A stretch of 64,000 nt of DNA from Bacillota bacterium (GCA_050952625.1 JBMNLH010000003.1:4807-68806); one strand, 5' to 3'; shown: positions 47,265 through 56,552, numbered from the stretch's first letter. Translations and numbers: made by a program. The notes: generated from the letters alone by a model not told the origin.

Positions 47265-47318
47265 TATTAACCACCCATGCTCCAAGGGCACAACCACCAA
47301 TGAAAATTGAAAACATTT
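47265..47318 (+). repeat. RE-B partial copy (B1 module)
   Basis: TTATTAACCACCCATGCTCCAAGGGCACAACCACCAATGAAAATTG. Confidence 0.65.
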
Positions 47319-47323
47319 ACGGA

Positions 47324-47581
47324 TTAATCCCGACAACCGACTACTCCAATAATCCAGCCGGTCGCGGAAAACATTAAGAGAAGCCGCAGTTGTTCTCGGG
47401 GCAAGAAGGATAATGAATTATTAGCCACCACCAAACCGATGACTAAGATTAAGGCAGTCATTACTCCCCAAGGCCGCCGGCGCCAGGGAGGAATCCGTCG
47501 CGCCAAAAACCGGCCAAGAGCAAAGACCGCCCCGGCTATCCCCAGGGTGAGGAGAATATAAACTGCTGGATCGAGCGGCAT
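47324..47581 (-). CDS. Small membrane protein (hypothetical)
   Basis: 85 aa with three hydrophobic segments. Last gene after the PaaK-like ligase. Confidence 0.4.
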   Translation of the reverse strand: MPLDPAVYILLTLGIAGAVFALGRFLARRIPPWRRRPWGVMTALILVIGLVVANNSLSFLPREQLRLLLMFSATGWIIGVVGCRD

Positions 47582-47686
47582 TGACTAATCCACCTCTTTA
47601 TCTGGTCTGAACAATACTTCTAAAAACCAACCCTATCTGACCTTAATATCTTACTTCTACTTACCGGCGGATTTCTCCTTTTTGCT

Positions 47687-48985
47687 TTATAATTTTCTTC
47701 GATCAATGACCCGCTTCGCTTTCCCTTCGGTTCGCTCCAAGGTTCTAGGTTCCACCAACCGCACCTCAACCGAAATCCCCAGACCACTATTCAGATCATG
47801 TTTCAGCCGACGCCGGATCATTTCTAATTCCTTGATTTCGGCTGACCGGATAGTCTCTTCGGTTACTTCCACCCGAACCTCCAAGGTATCCAGGCTTCCC
47901 TGGCGTTCAACGACCAACTCATAAAACGGAGCGACTTCGGGAGACTTGAGCAAAATGCTTTCGACCATGGAGGGGAAGACATTTACGCCCCGAATAATGA
48001 TCATATCATCGGTTCGGCCGAGGATTTTTTCAAGCCGGACCAGGGTTCGCCCGCAAGGACAGGGTTCCCGATGCAACACGGCAACATCCCTGGTTCGGTA
48101 ACGGATCATGGGAAGGGCTTCCTTGGTCAGGGTAGTAATCACCAATTCCCCTTTTTCGCCATCCGGCAGGGTTTCGCCAGTGTCCGGATCGATTATCTCC
48201 GGCAGGAAATGGTCTTCAAAGAAGTGCAGCCCGGTTTGATACGAACACTCCATTGCTACCCCTGGTCCCATAATCTCACTTAAACCGTAGATGTCATAGG
48301 CTTTAATCCCTAATTTCTTTTCTATTGACTGGCGCATCTGATTAGACCAAGGTTCGGCTCCAAAAACGCCGGCTTTCAGGGCTAAACGGCTGCGGTCAAT
48401 CTTTAACTGTTCAATTGTTTCGCCCAAGAAAAGGGCATAGGATGGAGTACAGGCCAGGATTTCAGTGCCAAAGTCCTCCATGAGCATTATCTGCCGGGGC
48501 GTATTTCCTCCAGAACTAGGGACTACCGCTGCTCCTAACCGTTCAACCCCATAGTGAACCCCCAAACCACCGGTGAACAGTCCATAACCATAAGCTACCT
48601 GAACCACTGAGTCCGGCGTGGCCCCCGCCATCGTTAAAGACCGAGCGGCCAGATTAGCCCACATATCCAAATCCCCCTGGGTATAGCCAACCACAGTCGG
48701 TTTACCGGTTGTGCCCGAAGAAGCATGAAGCCGCACGACCTGGTTCATGGGGACCGCAAACATCCCGAACGGATAATTATCCCGCAGAGCACTTTTCAGG
48801 GTGAAAGGGAGCCGCGGCAGATCCTCCAGTCCCCGAATATCCTCTGGCCTTACCTTGGCCTCCTCCCATTGCTGCCGATAATAAGGCACCTGATAGGCTC
48901 GGTTCAGGGTTACTTGCAGTCTTTCCCACTGTAATTTTTTTAATTCCTCACGACCAATACACTCCAGTTCTTTTTCCCAGTACAT
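47687..48985 (-). CDS. Phenylacetate-CoA ligase family (PaaK-like adenylate-forming enzyme)
   Basis: 432 aa. [19 protein letters not shown], the AMP-binding motif [14 protein letters not shown], and YGLSE. AAGGAGG RBS upstream. Confidence 0.85.
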   Translation of the reverse strand: MYWEKELECIGREELKKLQWERLQVTLNRAYQVPYYRQQWEEAKVRPEDIRGLEDLPRLPFTLKSALRDNYPFGMFAVPMNQVVRLHASSGTTGKPTVVGYTQGDLDMWANLAARSLTMAGATPDSVVQVAYGYGLFTGGLGVHYGVERLGAAVVPSSGGNTPRQIMLMEDFGTEILACTPSYALFLGETIEQLKIDRSRLALKAGVFGAEPWSNQMRQSIEKKLGIKAYDIYGLSEIMGPGVAMECSYQTGLHFFEDHFLPEIIDPDTGETLPDGEKGELVITTLTKEALPMIRYRTRDVAVLHREPCPCGRTLVRLEKILGRTDDMIIIRGVNVFPSMVESILLKSPEVAPFYELVVERQGSLDTLEVRVEVTEETIRSAEIKELEMIRRRLKHDLNSGLGISVEVRLVEPRTLERTEGKAKRVIDRRKL

Positions 48986-49025
48986 ATAAATTACCTCCTT
49001 GTATTAATAACCAATTTTGGGATAT

Positions 49026-49047
49026 GGGGACAGGTTAACTGTCCCGG
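49026..49047 (+). repeat. RE-C palindrome GGGGACAGGTTAACTGTCCCGG
   Basis: Read directly. Lies 41 nt upstream of the PaaK-like start and is followed on the plus strand by CTCTTTTTT. Confidence 0.8.
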
Positions 49048-49103
49048 CTCTTTTTTCGGTCCCGGTCCTTTATTAACAATATGTCCCGCAAAACTAATGA
49101 TGT

Positions 49104-49153
49104 TGCTATTTGCTCTCAGAATCCAACCGTTATTCTGACCAGAGCGAAGAATC
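49104..49153. repeat. RE-B-related inverted repeat
   Basis: TGCTATTTGCTCTCAGAATCCAACCGTTATTCTGACCAGAGCGAAGAATC shares the GCTCAGAAT / ATTCTGAGCGAAG..GAAGAATC motifs of RE-B. Confidence 0.5.
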
Positions 49154-49230
49154 TAAACTATGGGTGGTCTTAAGAAATAAACCCCATTGTAAAATCAGTC
49201 GGTAGTGATGCTAATCATAAAGGTTAACAA

Positions 49231-49430
49231 ACAAAAAACCGCCCCTTTAAGGGACGGAGTTTTTCCGCGGTACCACCCTGATTGACCAAAACTGGTCCGG
49301 CTCACTTCAAGTACGGGACACGTTAGGACCCAGCACCTCAGATATCCAGGGGGATACAAGAAGCCATTCCCTAGAAACTTACTCCAGTATTAGGCTGCCA
49401 AGCCACCACAACCCACAGTAAGTACTAAAT
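49231..49430 (-). ncRNA. T-box leader 2 (promoter-distal)
   Basis: Minus strand: ..GGAGTAAG..CTAGGGAATGG..GGTGCTGGG..TCAATCAGGGTGGTACCGCGGAAAAACTCCGTCCCTTAAAGGGGCGGTTTTTTG. This has the canonical T-box sequence plus a terminator. Confidence 0.75.
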
Positions 49431-49745
49431 AAAAAAGCCGCTCATCCGTTAGGGACGAGAGGCTCTGCTTCCGTGTTACCACCCTAGTTGCCGCCTTGGT
49501 TAAAGGGATTTATTGCCTGTTTCCCAAAGACGACCACTTTATCTGAGTACAGGACAGTGTCCGATACCCGCTTCCGGTTAACGGCGGAAGATTCCGACCC
49601 AACCTACTTGCTCCATATACAATAGGAGTTTCAGCCGGCTGTTTGGGAGCGAACTTCAACCAATTCCCCCATAAGGACGCTTTCAGTCTCTGACGTCCTC
49701 TCCCTGAATGGGTTAACCTGGCCTACTTTTCTCCCGCATCACATT
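49431..49745 (-). ncRNA. T-box leader 1 (promoter-proximal)
   Basis: Minus strand: TGATGCGGGAGAAAAGTAGG..TTCAGGGAGAGG..GAAGTTCGCTCCC..CAACTAGGGTGGTAACACGGAAGCAGAGCCTCTCGTCCCTAACGGATGAGCGGCTTTTTT. This shows stem I features, the T-box sequence and a terminator. Confidence 0.8.
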
Positions 49746-49826
49746 TCCCATATCCTTAAGTAAATTCAGTATAGCTGATGGTCCTGGAAAAAGTCAATAG
49801 TCTGCCGATCAATAATCAGATTAATT

Positions 49827-50687
49827 TCAGAATTCAGGGGCTTTCGGCCCATAAACCAAACCGACTGATTCCGGACCAACATGTGACCCAATCACCGGTC
49901 CCACCTCATAGACAGGCACCGTCAACCCCGGGTACTCCTGTTGAAGCGCATCGACCAGCCGGGCCCCTTCACCAGGGGCATCAACATGAATAACCGCAAT
50001 CTGGCCGAAGTCTCTGCCCGCCAGATCCTGCCTCAATACTTCCAGCATCCTTTTAATCGCTCGGGGCCGAGTGCGCACCCGCTCCAACACATCAATTCGG
50101 CCTTCTGGCATGTGCAAGATCGGCTTAATCTCCAGAAAACTGCCCAATAAAGCCTGAGCACCGCCAATCCGACCTCCCCGATGCAGGTACTCCAGGGTAC
50201 CGACCATAAAAAGCAGACGCAGATTACTCCGCAGCCAATTCAGCCGCTGCAGTATTTCTGCCTTACTTCGCCCCGCCTGGGCTGCCTGAGCTGCAGCCAA
50301 CACCTGAAACCCCAGACTCGAACAAGTGGTCAGCGAATCAAATACCTCAATTTTCAGATGCGGCAGCATCCCCTTGGCTGTTTCCGCTGCCGTTACCGTT
50401 CCACTGAGTTTCCCGGAAATGTGGATGCTGATGATCGATTCATAAATTGCTCCCAGTTCCTCGTAAGTCCGCACAAATTCTCCCAAGGAAGGCTGCGAGG
50501 TCGTCGGCAGCACCTTGCTTTGACGCAGGCGGCGATAAAACTCAGAGTTGCTCATTTCACCTTCCCGAAAACACTGGTCCTCCAGGTTAACTGCTAAAGG
50601 AATGACCGAAACCGAGTGCTTCCTTAACAGGTCTTCAGGTAAATAAGCTGTACTGTCAGTAACAATCCCCACCCCGGACTGTCCCAT
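49827..50687 (-). CDS. DegV-family protein (second paralog)
   Basis: 286 aa with VGIVTDSTAYLP and TTSQPS motifs and GGRIG. Confidence 0.9.
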   Translation of the reverse strand: MGQSGVGIVTDSTAYLPEDLLRKHSVSVIPLAVNLEDQCFREGEMSNSEFYRRLRQSKVLPTTSQPSLGEFVRTYEELGAIYESIISIHISGKLSGTVTAAETAKGMLPHLKIEVFDSLTTCSSLGFQVLAAAQAAQAGRSKAEILQRLNWLRSNLRLLFMVGTLEYLHRGGRIGGAQALLGSFLEIKPILHMPEGRIDVLERVRTRPRAIKRMLEVLRQDLAGRDFGQIAVIHVDAPGEGARLVDALQQEYPGLTVPVYEVGPVIGSHVGPESVGLVYGPKAPEF

Positions 50688-50720
50688 ATAACTGGTCTCC
50701 TTTCTGCCAAAAAACCCAGC

Positions 50721-50751
50721 AAAAAGCGCATCCCCACCATCTGGGATGCGC
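50721..50751 (-). terminator. Intrinsic terminator of purC
   Basis: Minus strand: GCGCATCCC..GGGATGCGC followed by TTTTT. Confidence 0.8.
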
Positions 50752-50766
50752 CAAGGCAGCTAATTA

Positions 50767-51447
50767 TTACTGCCCGGTCACGATGGTTGAAAGGTCTAAG
50801 GGCAAAAGCTGTTGGCCGTTCCGGAAAACACGCATGTTATCACCAGAGATGTCATCAATCACTACAATCTCCCCGTTTACCCGGCCGAACTCAAACTTAA
50901 TATCAACTAGATCCAGACCCCGAGACCCTAAATCCTCCCGCACAATCTGAGCAACCTGACGGGCAAGATCTTTAACGCGCGTCACCTCTTCGGGCTTCAT
51001 TAGGCGCAGTTGGACCAGTGTCTCATCGTTTAACGGCGGGTCACTTCTTTCATCATCCTTCAGGGTGATTTCAACCAGGGAGTCGAGCGGTTCAAATTCT
51101 TGAATATAACGGCCGTACCGGCGTAAAAAGCTGCCATAAGCCTTAAAACGAATAACAATCTCTAAACCAGCCCCAAAGGTTTCGGCCGGGCGGACCTCCA
51201 TGGTTCGCTCGTCTAAATTAGCCGTCACAAAATGCGTCGCGATGCCTTTCTCCCTGAGTAGTTCAAAAAAGTACTTAGACATGCGCAGAGAAGCCCGACC
51301 TTTGCCAGCTAATTCACCGAGCACAAAATTCGAACCGGGATCAATTCGACCGTCTTCGCCGGTCACATCATCTTTAAATTGCAAAAGATAATTTCCGTTT
51401 TCTAGCTGGTATACATCCTTGGTTTTACCGGCATACACCTGTTTCAT
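50767..51447 (-). CDS. purC: SAICAR synthase
   Basis: 226 aa. MKQVYAGKTKDVY...LLQFKDDVTG and DIKFEFG are typical of PurC. Confidence 0.9.
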   Translation of the reverse strand: MKQVYAGKTKDVYQLENGNYLLQFKDDVTGEDGRIDPGSNFVLGELAGKGRASLRMSKYFFELLREKGIATHFVTANLDERTMEVRPAETFGAGLEIVIRFKAYGSFLRRYGRYIQEFEPLDSLVEITLKDDERSDPPLNDETLVQLRLMKPEEVTRVKDLARQVAQIVREDLGSRGLDLVDIKFEFGRVNGEIVVIDDISGDNMRVFRNGQQLLPLDLSTIVTGQ

Positions 51448-51533
51448 TCAACAAGTAACCCAGTTTCTGAAATCCAGGAAACTAGGCTCGCACCACCTTT
51501 CTTTATAATCATTGACATCACGCCTTACTTACT

Positions 51534-51562
51534 ATCATATCTGAACATATGTTCGATGTCAA
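51534..51562 (-). promoter_or_regulatory. purC promoter TTGACA-17-TATGAT with palindrome GAACATATGTTC in the spacer
   Basis: Minus strand: TTGACA (plus 51557-51562), 17 nt, TATGAT (plus 51534-51539). The perfect 12-bp palindrome is at 51543-51554. Confidence 0.6.
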
Positions 51563-51684
51563 TGGATTTTGTTCACTGTCCTTCGTTCCAACACTGCACG
51601 GCAATTTTCATACCCTGATAGTGCCACGAAACAACCACGAAACAACATGGGGGGACTCTGAATATCGTCTAATACAATTCGCTA

Positions 51685-53478
51685 TTAAATTTCCTGCTCA
51701 ACTAGACCCAACATTCTGTTAATCATTACGGCCCCTTCAGCCCGGGTAATATTCCCCTTTGGCTTAAATAACCGATCCTTACCTTGGCCATAACCAGAGA
51801 TAATTCCCGCAGCGGTCGCGTTCTGAACCTCATTAATCGCCCAACGCGCTATTTCATCAGCATCAGCAAAAACCAGCACCCGATTACCGGACACCGGAAC
51901 TCCCTGGTAGTGTAAAGCCCGCATTACTAGGACGGCTGCCTCTTCTCGCGTTATCCGATCATATGGACAAAACTGGTTAGGCGTCTTACCAGAAACTAAA
52001 CCCGCGCTCGCCGCACGACTCACACTCTGATAGAACCAATCGCCTTGTTGGACATCTTTAAATTTAATCGATTGAGCTGGCTCCTTTAAACCCAAGGCCA
52101 AAGAGATAATGGTCGCAAATTCAGCCCGCGTCATTTGTCCCTCTGGGTTAAAGAACCGGGCCGACACCCCATGCACAATCCCTCGGGACACCAGGTATTC
52201 TACCTCAGATCGGGACCAATGATTCCGCAGATCGTAGAAGCCGGTTGATGAGGCACAGAAAGTAATTAGCGCGTCCCAGGCCTCCTGGTTGCCCAGACCT
52301 AACCGCCAAACGGAAATCCCCTTCAATTGCTGGGAGCGGGCTAAGTCTACCTTTTCCGCCAGGCTGCGGGCTGTCTCATAGTATATTTCGCTTTCGATTA
52401 GTTTTCCATCCTGCCAGCGCTTAATTTTAGTATAACCAGTGCGATAATCGTAGGTTTGGCCACCCCACTCGTAGGTGGAGAGATAGCGATGCTCATTGGG
52501 CGTACATTCAACTACTGGTCCGTTTATCCCGGCCAGGGTCGCCTCTATTCGACTGAGCGTTGGCAAGGCTACTTCCAGGTTCCCACCTGCCTTTGGAATC
52601 CACTGGATCCCATTTAAGGCAATCGCCAAAAGTAGTTTCTCCCGCGGCACCCCGGCGTTAATCATTTTTTTCACCGCATCCTCAACCTGGTAGTAAGGAG
52701 CAGTCGCTGCTATATCCGGGCGAGGATTGCCAGGAGTGGCGTGGTAATAATCGTGAGCCATCAGAATGACCGTATCCGCAACTTGGCCGATATGGACATA
52801 ATCATAGCCATCACAATAATTATAAACATTATTAGGAGTCAGGCAAACCAGTAATTCCCGTTCCCCTAGTCGTTGCTTTAATAAATCTAGAAACCGATTG
52901 AAGCGGTTTTTGGTAGCCCAGCTGCCAGGAGTCTCTTCCCGCAAACCCTCAAAGTCAATCACTACTCCCTGAAAGTTTATCCCGGCCGGGTTTTTCGTTA
53001 AAAAACTAACCAGAGGATTTATTACCTGCTCCTGCAGCTGCTGATCACTTAAGCTGAGCAATTCCAAAGGAACACTGAGCTCATCTTTTGGGTTGGCGTC
53101 AGCACAAAAAACCGACAGGTATTTACGGGCGGAGCTTTGTTTTAATTTCCTGGCCTCCTCCCCCACCGTGGCCGGGATACCATACTCAGGGTACTCATCA
53201 GCTGGGCCTAATTTTTGCCCTTCAGTGGCAAACCGAATCTTACCCTGAGCATCCTTGGCCACCCGGGCCCAACCAACGGAAACGCTGCTTAAATTATCGA
53301 CCACATCGCTTTCCGACCGGCTGTTAATGGCGTAAAAGCCATTTAAAAACAAACTATCACTCGCCCCATGCACTGGTGCGTTAAGTTGTGCTGGAACGCC
53401 AGACAAAAACAAGGCTGCCATAACCAAAACGCCAATTATTTGCTTGAATCTGAAATTCATTCCCCCTATAACCCCCAC
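51685..53478 (-). CDS. Secreted GH18-like glycosyl hydrolase with C-terminal SLH domains
   Basis: 597 aa with a signal peptide. The central region has a GVVIDFEG (GH18 DxE-like) motif. The C-terminal region has SLH-like segments (FYDLRNHWSRSEVEYLVSRGIVHGVS, FKDVQQGDWFYQSVSRAASAGLVSG, FADADEIARWAINEVQNATAAGIISG). Confidence 0.7.
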   Translation of the reverse strand: MGVIGGMNFRFKQIIGVLVMAALFLSGVPAQLNAPVHGASDSLFLNGFYAINSRSESDVVDNLSSVSVGWARVAKDAQGKIRFATEGQKLGPADEYPEYGIPATVGEEARKLKQSSARKYLSVFCADANPKDELSVPLELLSLSDQQLQEQVINPLVSFLTKNPAGINFQGVVIDFEGLREETPGSWATKNRFNRFLDLLKQRLGERELLVCLTPNNVYNYCDGYDYVHIGQVADTVILMAHDYYHATPGNPRPDIAATAPYYQVEDAVKKMINAGVPREKLLLAIALNGIQWIPKAGGNLEVALPTLSRIEATLAGINGPVVECTPNEHRYLSTYEWGGQTYDYRTGYTKIKRWQDGKLIESEIYYETARSLAEKVDLARSQQLKGISVWRLGLGNQEAWDALITFCASSTGFYDLRNHWSRSEVEYLVSRGIVHGVSARFFNPEGQMTRAEFATIISLALGLKEPAQSIKFKDVQQGDWFYQSVSRAASAGLVSGKTPNQFCPYDRITREEAAVLVMRALHYQGVPVSGNRVLVFADADEIARWAINEVQNATAAGIISGYGQGKDRLFKPKGNITRAEGAVMINRMLGLVEQEI

Positions 53479-53590
53479 TAAATCTTACTTGGAAATGATT
53501 CTTAAAAAAATCCAGACCTTTCCTGTTTATACGATCAATTTCGACGAATTAGCCTAAAATCCTGCCGGTAAGTATCGGTAAATAAAGGAA

Positions 53591-53703
53591 GTGAACCGTT
53601 CGCTTCCCTGATTATTAAACCTTCAGACGGAAACTCTACTTGACCCGAAGTTTAACCACGATAATTTCCATATTATAGAAATGAGAGTTTTTTGATTCAG
53701 ATA
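53591..53703 (-). repeat. RE-A copy (diverged)
   Basis: GTGAACCGTTCGCTTCC..CCTTCAGACGGAAACTCTACTTGACCCGAAGTTTAACC..TTTTTGATTCAGATA. Confidence 0.65.
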
Positions 53704-53710
53704 AATTCAG

Positions 53711-53743
53711 AAAAAAGCAGGCTCCCGGGAAGGGCAGTCTGCT
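53711..53743 (-). terminator. Intrinsic terminator
   Basis: Minus strand: AGCAGACT..AGCCTGCT followed by TTTTTT. Located after the 163-aa membrane protein gene. Confidence 0.7.
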
Positions 53744-53791
53744 TATTTGCACATGATTGACGCTTTGCACGATCCTGATTTTTCATTTGAC

Positions 53792-54283
53792 CTAGTTACT
53801 GCTTTTTTCTTCCGGTTTAACATCCTGCATTAACAAGATTAATTCGTCAACTTTTTCGGCTAGAGTGCGGGCAACCGGCGTATGATCCTGCTCCGGGGCT
53901 ACCTGGTCTGATAAGTAATGACTCAGATCGTCGATTTCATTCAGTTTTTGATTAACCCCGCGATTAGCTAATGGCCAAAAAACATCAAACTTGCTCTTAA
54001 TCGTGCCGATAATCGCTGGACCGGTAAAACCAACAATAAAGCCGACACCCGACCAGGTCGTTTCCGGCATTACCGGAAAATCGAGACCAAAATCGAATTT
54101 AGCAAAAAAGACTAGTATCCCCAGGGCCGCTCCGATTCCCAGTAAAATCTCATACAAGAATCCTAGATTCCAAACCCCGGTTACTATCCTACTGGGGCAA
54201 ACCAGCATTCCTTTTTGATTGTATAAATGACCAACCAAACCGCCGATCAAGGTCCCTAGCCCATATAATAATTCTACTGGCAT
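53792..54283 (-). CDS. Hypothetical membrane protein
   Basis: 163 aa with 3-4 TM segments and a charged C-terminal tail. GGAAGGGG RBS upstream. Confidence 0.5.
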   Translation of the reverse strand: MPVELLYGLGTLIGGLVGHLYNQKGMLVCPSRIVTGVWNLGFLYEILLGIGAALGILVFFAKFDFGLDFPVMPETTWSGVGFIVGFTGPAIIGTIKSKFDVFWPLANRGVNQKLNEIDDLSHYLSDQVAPEQDHTPVARTLAEKVDELILLMQDVKPEEKSSN

Positions 54284-54371
54284 TTGACTTACCCCTTCCG
54301 CCTAAACAGCCACAATCTTGACTACTCCAGTCTATGATTTAGCCCGGCTGAAGGATACAATTGCCAGAAGA

Positions 54372-56552
54372 TTAATCATAACGAATGGACAGCCGCTTAG
54401 ACAAGTGAGGAGCCTTTTCCAACATTCTATGAAACATCTGTTTTTGCAATGAGATAAATAACGTGGGGGTCAGGGTTCGGATTGTCGCCGTACGAGGGAT
54501 ATCTTTAAGCAAGGCGATCTCACCAAAAAAGTCACCGTCCTGAAGGATGGCCAACTGCTTCTCTTGACCCTCGGCCAATCGTTTCGAAACCTCGACCTTA
54601 CCCCGAACCAAGATATAAAACTTGTCCCCCGGATCGCCTTCTTCAATGACTAAACGGTTTGCCGGGTAGTATTCGGAAACAAACATTGGAACCAGGCTTT
54701 CCAGGAAATCGTCGTTCATTTCCTGGAATATAGGAATATTCTTTAAGCGATTAACAGTAATTTCTGCATTCATTCCATCTTCGCTGAGGATAAAACCGGT
54801 CTGATTCTGCCACAGATCCCGATATCGGCTGCCCTCTTGATTGAGTAACTCTTTATGAGTACCCTGCTCAATTATCCGCCCCTTATCCAGGACAAAAATC
54901 CTATCAGCTTCTTGAACTGAAGATAACCGATGGGTGACTGAGATCACGGTCCGGGTTCGGGCAATATTTCTAATTGTTTGGTTAATTGCCGTTTCATTAG
55001 CCGGATCCAGAGCGGACGTAGCTTCATCAAGAAGTAAAATACTGGGGTTGCGCAACAAGGCTCGGGCGATTGCCAGCCGCTGCCGTTGTCCACCAGATAA
55101 AAAGCCTCCTCCCTCGCCCACCAAGGTGGCATAGCCTTGGGGCAGGTTCAAAATAGCATCATGGATGCCCGCAGCCTTGGCGGCCTGTTCAATTGCCGCA
55201 TCAGTTGCCTCAAGCTTCCCCAGCCGAATGTTTTCTCTAACCGATAGATTAAAAAGCATATTCTCTTGAAAAACAATCCCCATCTGCGCGCGGAGCGACT
55301 GCTGGGTGACTGAGCGGATATTCTTTCCATCAATCGTAATGGCCCCGGTTCCAGGATCATAAAACCGCATAATTAACTTAATTATCGTGCTTTTCCCGGA
55401 ACCGCTGGCCCCGACAAAAGCAACATAACTGCCAAACGGGATCCTAAGGTTAATATTGGTTAAATTGGTTTCCGTTTCGTTATAGCCAAAAGTAACATCT
55501 TGAAAAGCAATTTCCTGTGAAATCAAGGCAAGCTCTTGCGGCGGGACCTGGTCAGTAATGGTGGGCTCAACTTGTAAAAGCTCATCAATTCTTTTCATAC
55601 TGGCGGTTGCCTTGGTCACTAACGGCATCATCCAGGTTAGTTCTAAAATCATACTGTTCATCCCAGAAAGCATCGTCATAAAGGCCATTAACGAACCGAT
55701 GGTAAGCGAACCCCTGAAGGCCAGCAGCGAGCCAACCGATAGAACTACGATACTTAGTATAATTGTCCCAAAATTAGCGGTAATCAGCACCGAAAAATTT
55801 AAAAAATTTGCCCGGCGGGCTACTTTATAGTAATAATCCAACTGGGCACTAAAACGTTGGATTTCATAGGGTTGCAAGTTAAAGGCTTTAACAAGCACTT
55901 GCGCGTGAATATTCTCCTGCATAACTGATGTCATCCCGGCTAGATTTGTTTTCAAATCGTAACTGGCTGTTTCAGCACGAGTGCTCAAGATGTTGGGCAG
56001 CCATAGCGCAAGGGGCAACCCGACAGTTGTAATTAAAGCTAGCTGCCAGTTTAGGTAATATAGCAAAGCCGCATTCAACAATACACCCAGAAAAAACATG
56101 ATCCCAATGGGCAATTGCACTAACAGCGTATCAATCAGATTAACATCTGTATTAAAACGGGTTAAAATGTCACCCGCGCTAGTTCGGGTGAAGAAACTAA
56201 CAGATAGCTCTTGTAAACGCGAAAATATTTTCTTGTATAAATCGCTAATTATCCTTGTATGTACCCGGGCATATAGAACTACTAACACCGAACAGGCCAA
56301 AAATGCGATTAAGGCAGACAAGATAATTAATAATAAGATGCGCCAAAGATAATCTTGATCATTAAGGGCAATGGCATTATCAATAATAAATTTAATACTA
56401 AGGGGAAACAGTATTCGAAAAGCTAAATAGAGCGAGATAGAAATTGCTATCAATAAACTTTGTCTTTTGTATATGCTAAACTCTTTTAGCATTCGCCCCA
56501 GAAACGGGAGCAAGGGAACAACCGCCTTTCGAGACAAGCCTGATCGAACCAT
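54372..56552 (-). CDS. ABC exporter (TMD-NBD half transporter) fused to a C-terminal cyclic-nucleotide-binding domain
   Basis: 726 aa. Six-TM exporter domain, Walker A GASGSGKST, signature LSGGQRQR, Walker B ILLLDEATSALD. The last 120 aa or so, FFGEIALLKDIPRTATIRT, form a cNMP-binding fold. The start may be the internal MLKEF. Confidence 0.85.
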   Translation of the reverse strand: MVRSGLSRKAVVPLLPFLGRMLKEFSIYKRQSLLIAISISLYLAFRILFPLSIKFIIDNAIALNDQDYLWRILLLIILSALIAFLACSVLVVLYARVHTRIISDLYKKIFSRLQELSVSFFTRTSAGDILTRFNTDVNLIDTLLVQLPIGIMFFLGVLLNAALLYYLNWQLALITTVGLPLALWLPNILSTRAETASYDLKTNLAGMTSVMQENIHAQVLVKAFNLQPYEIQRFSAQLDYYYKVARRANFLNFSVLITANFGTIILSIVVLSVGSLLAFRGSLTIGSLMAFMTMLSGMNSMILELTWMMPLVTKATASMKRIDELLQVEPTITDQVPPQELALISQEIAFQDVTFGYNETETNLTNINLRIPFGSYVAFVGASGSGKSTIIKLIMRFYDPGTGAITIDGKNIRSVTQQSLRAQMGIVFQENMLFNLSVRENIRLGKLEATDAAIEQAAKAAGIHDAILNLPQGYATLVGEGGGFLSGGQRQRLAIARALLRNPSILLLDEATSALDPANETAINQTIRNIARTRTVISVTHRLSSVQEADRIFVLDKGRIIEQGTHKELLNQEGSRYRDLWQNQTGFILSEDGMNAEITVNRLKNIPIFQEMNDDFLESLVPMFVSEYYPANRLVIEEGDPGDKFYILVRGKVEVSKRLAEGQEKQLAILQDGDFFGEIALLKDIPRTATIRTLTPTLFISLQKQMFHRMLEKAPHLSKRLSIRYD

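Noticed and set aside
51448-51530. Possible purine or ZTP riboswitch in the purC 5' UTR
   Set aside because: The roughly 80-nt leader has an AGTTTC..GAAACT hairpin but lacks the conserved purine-riboswitch loops (e.g. the UAUAAUCGCG..GGAUAUGG.. pattern) and ZTP motifs.
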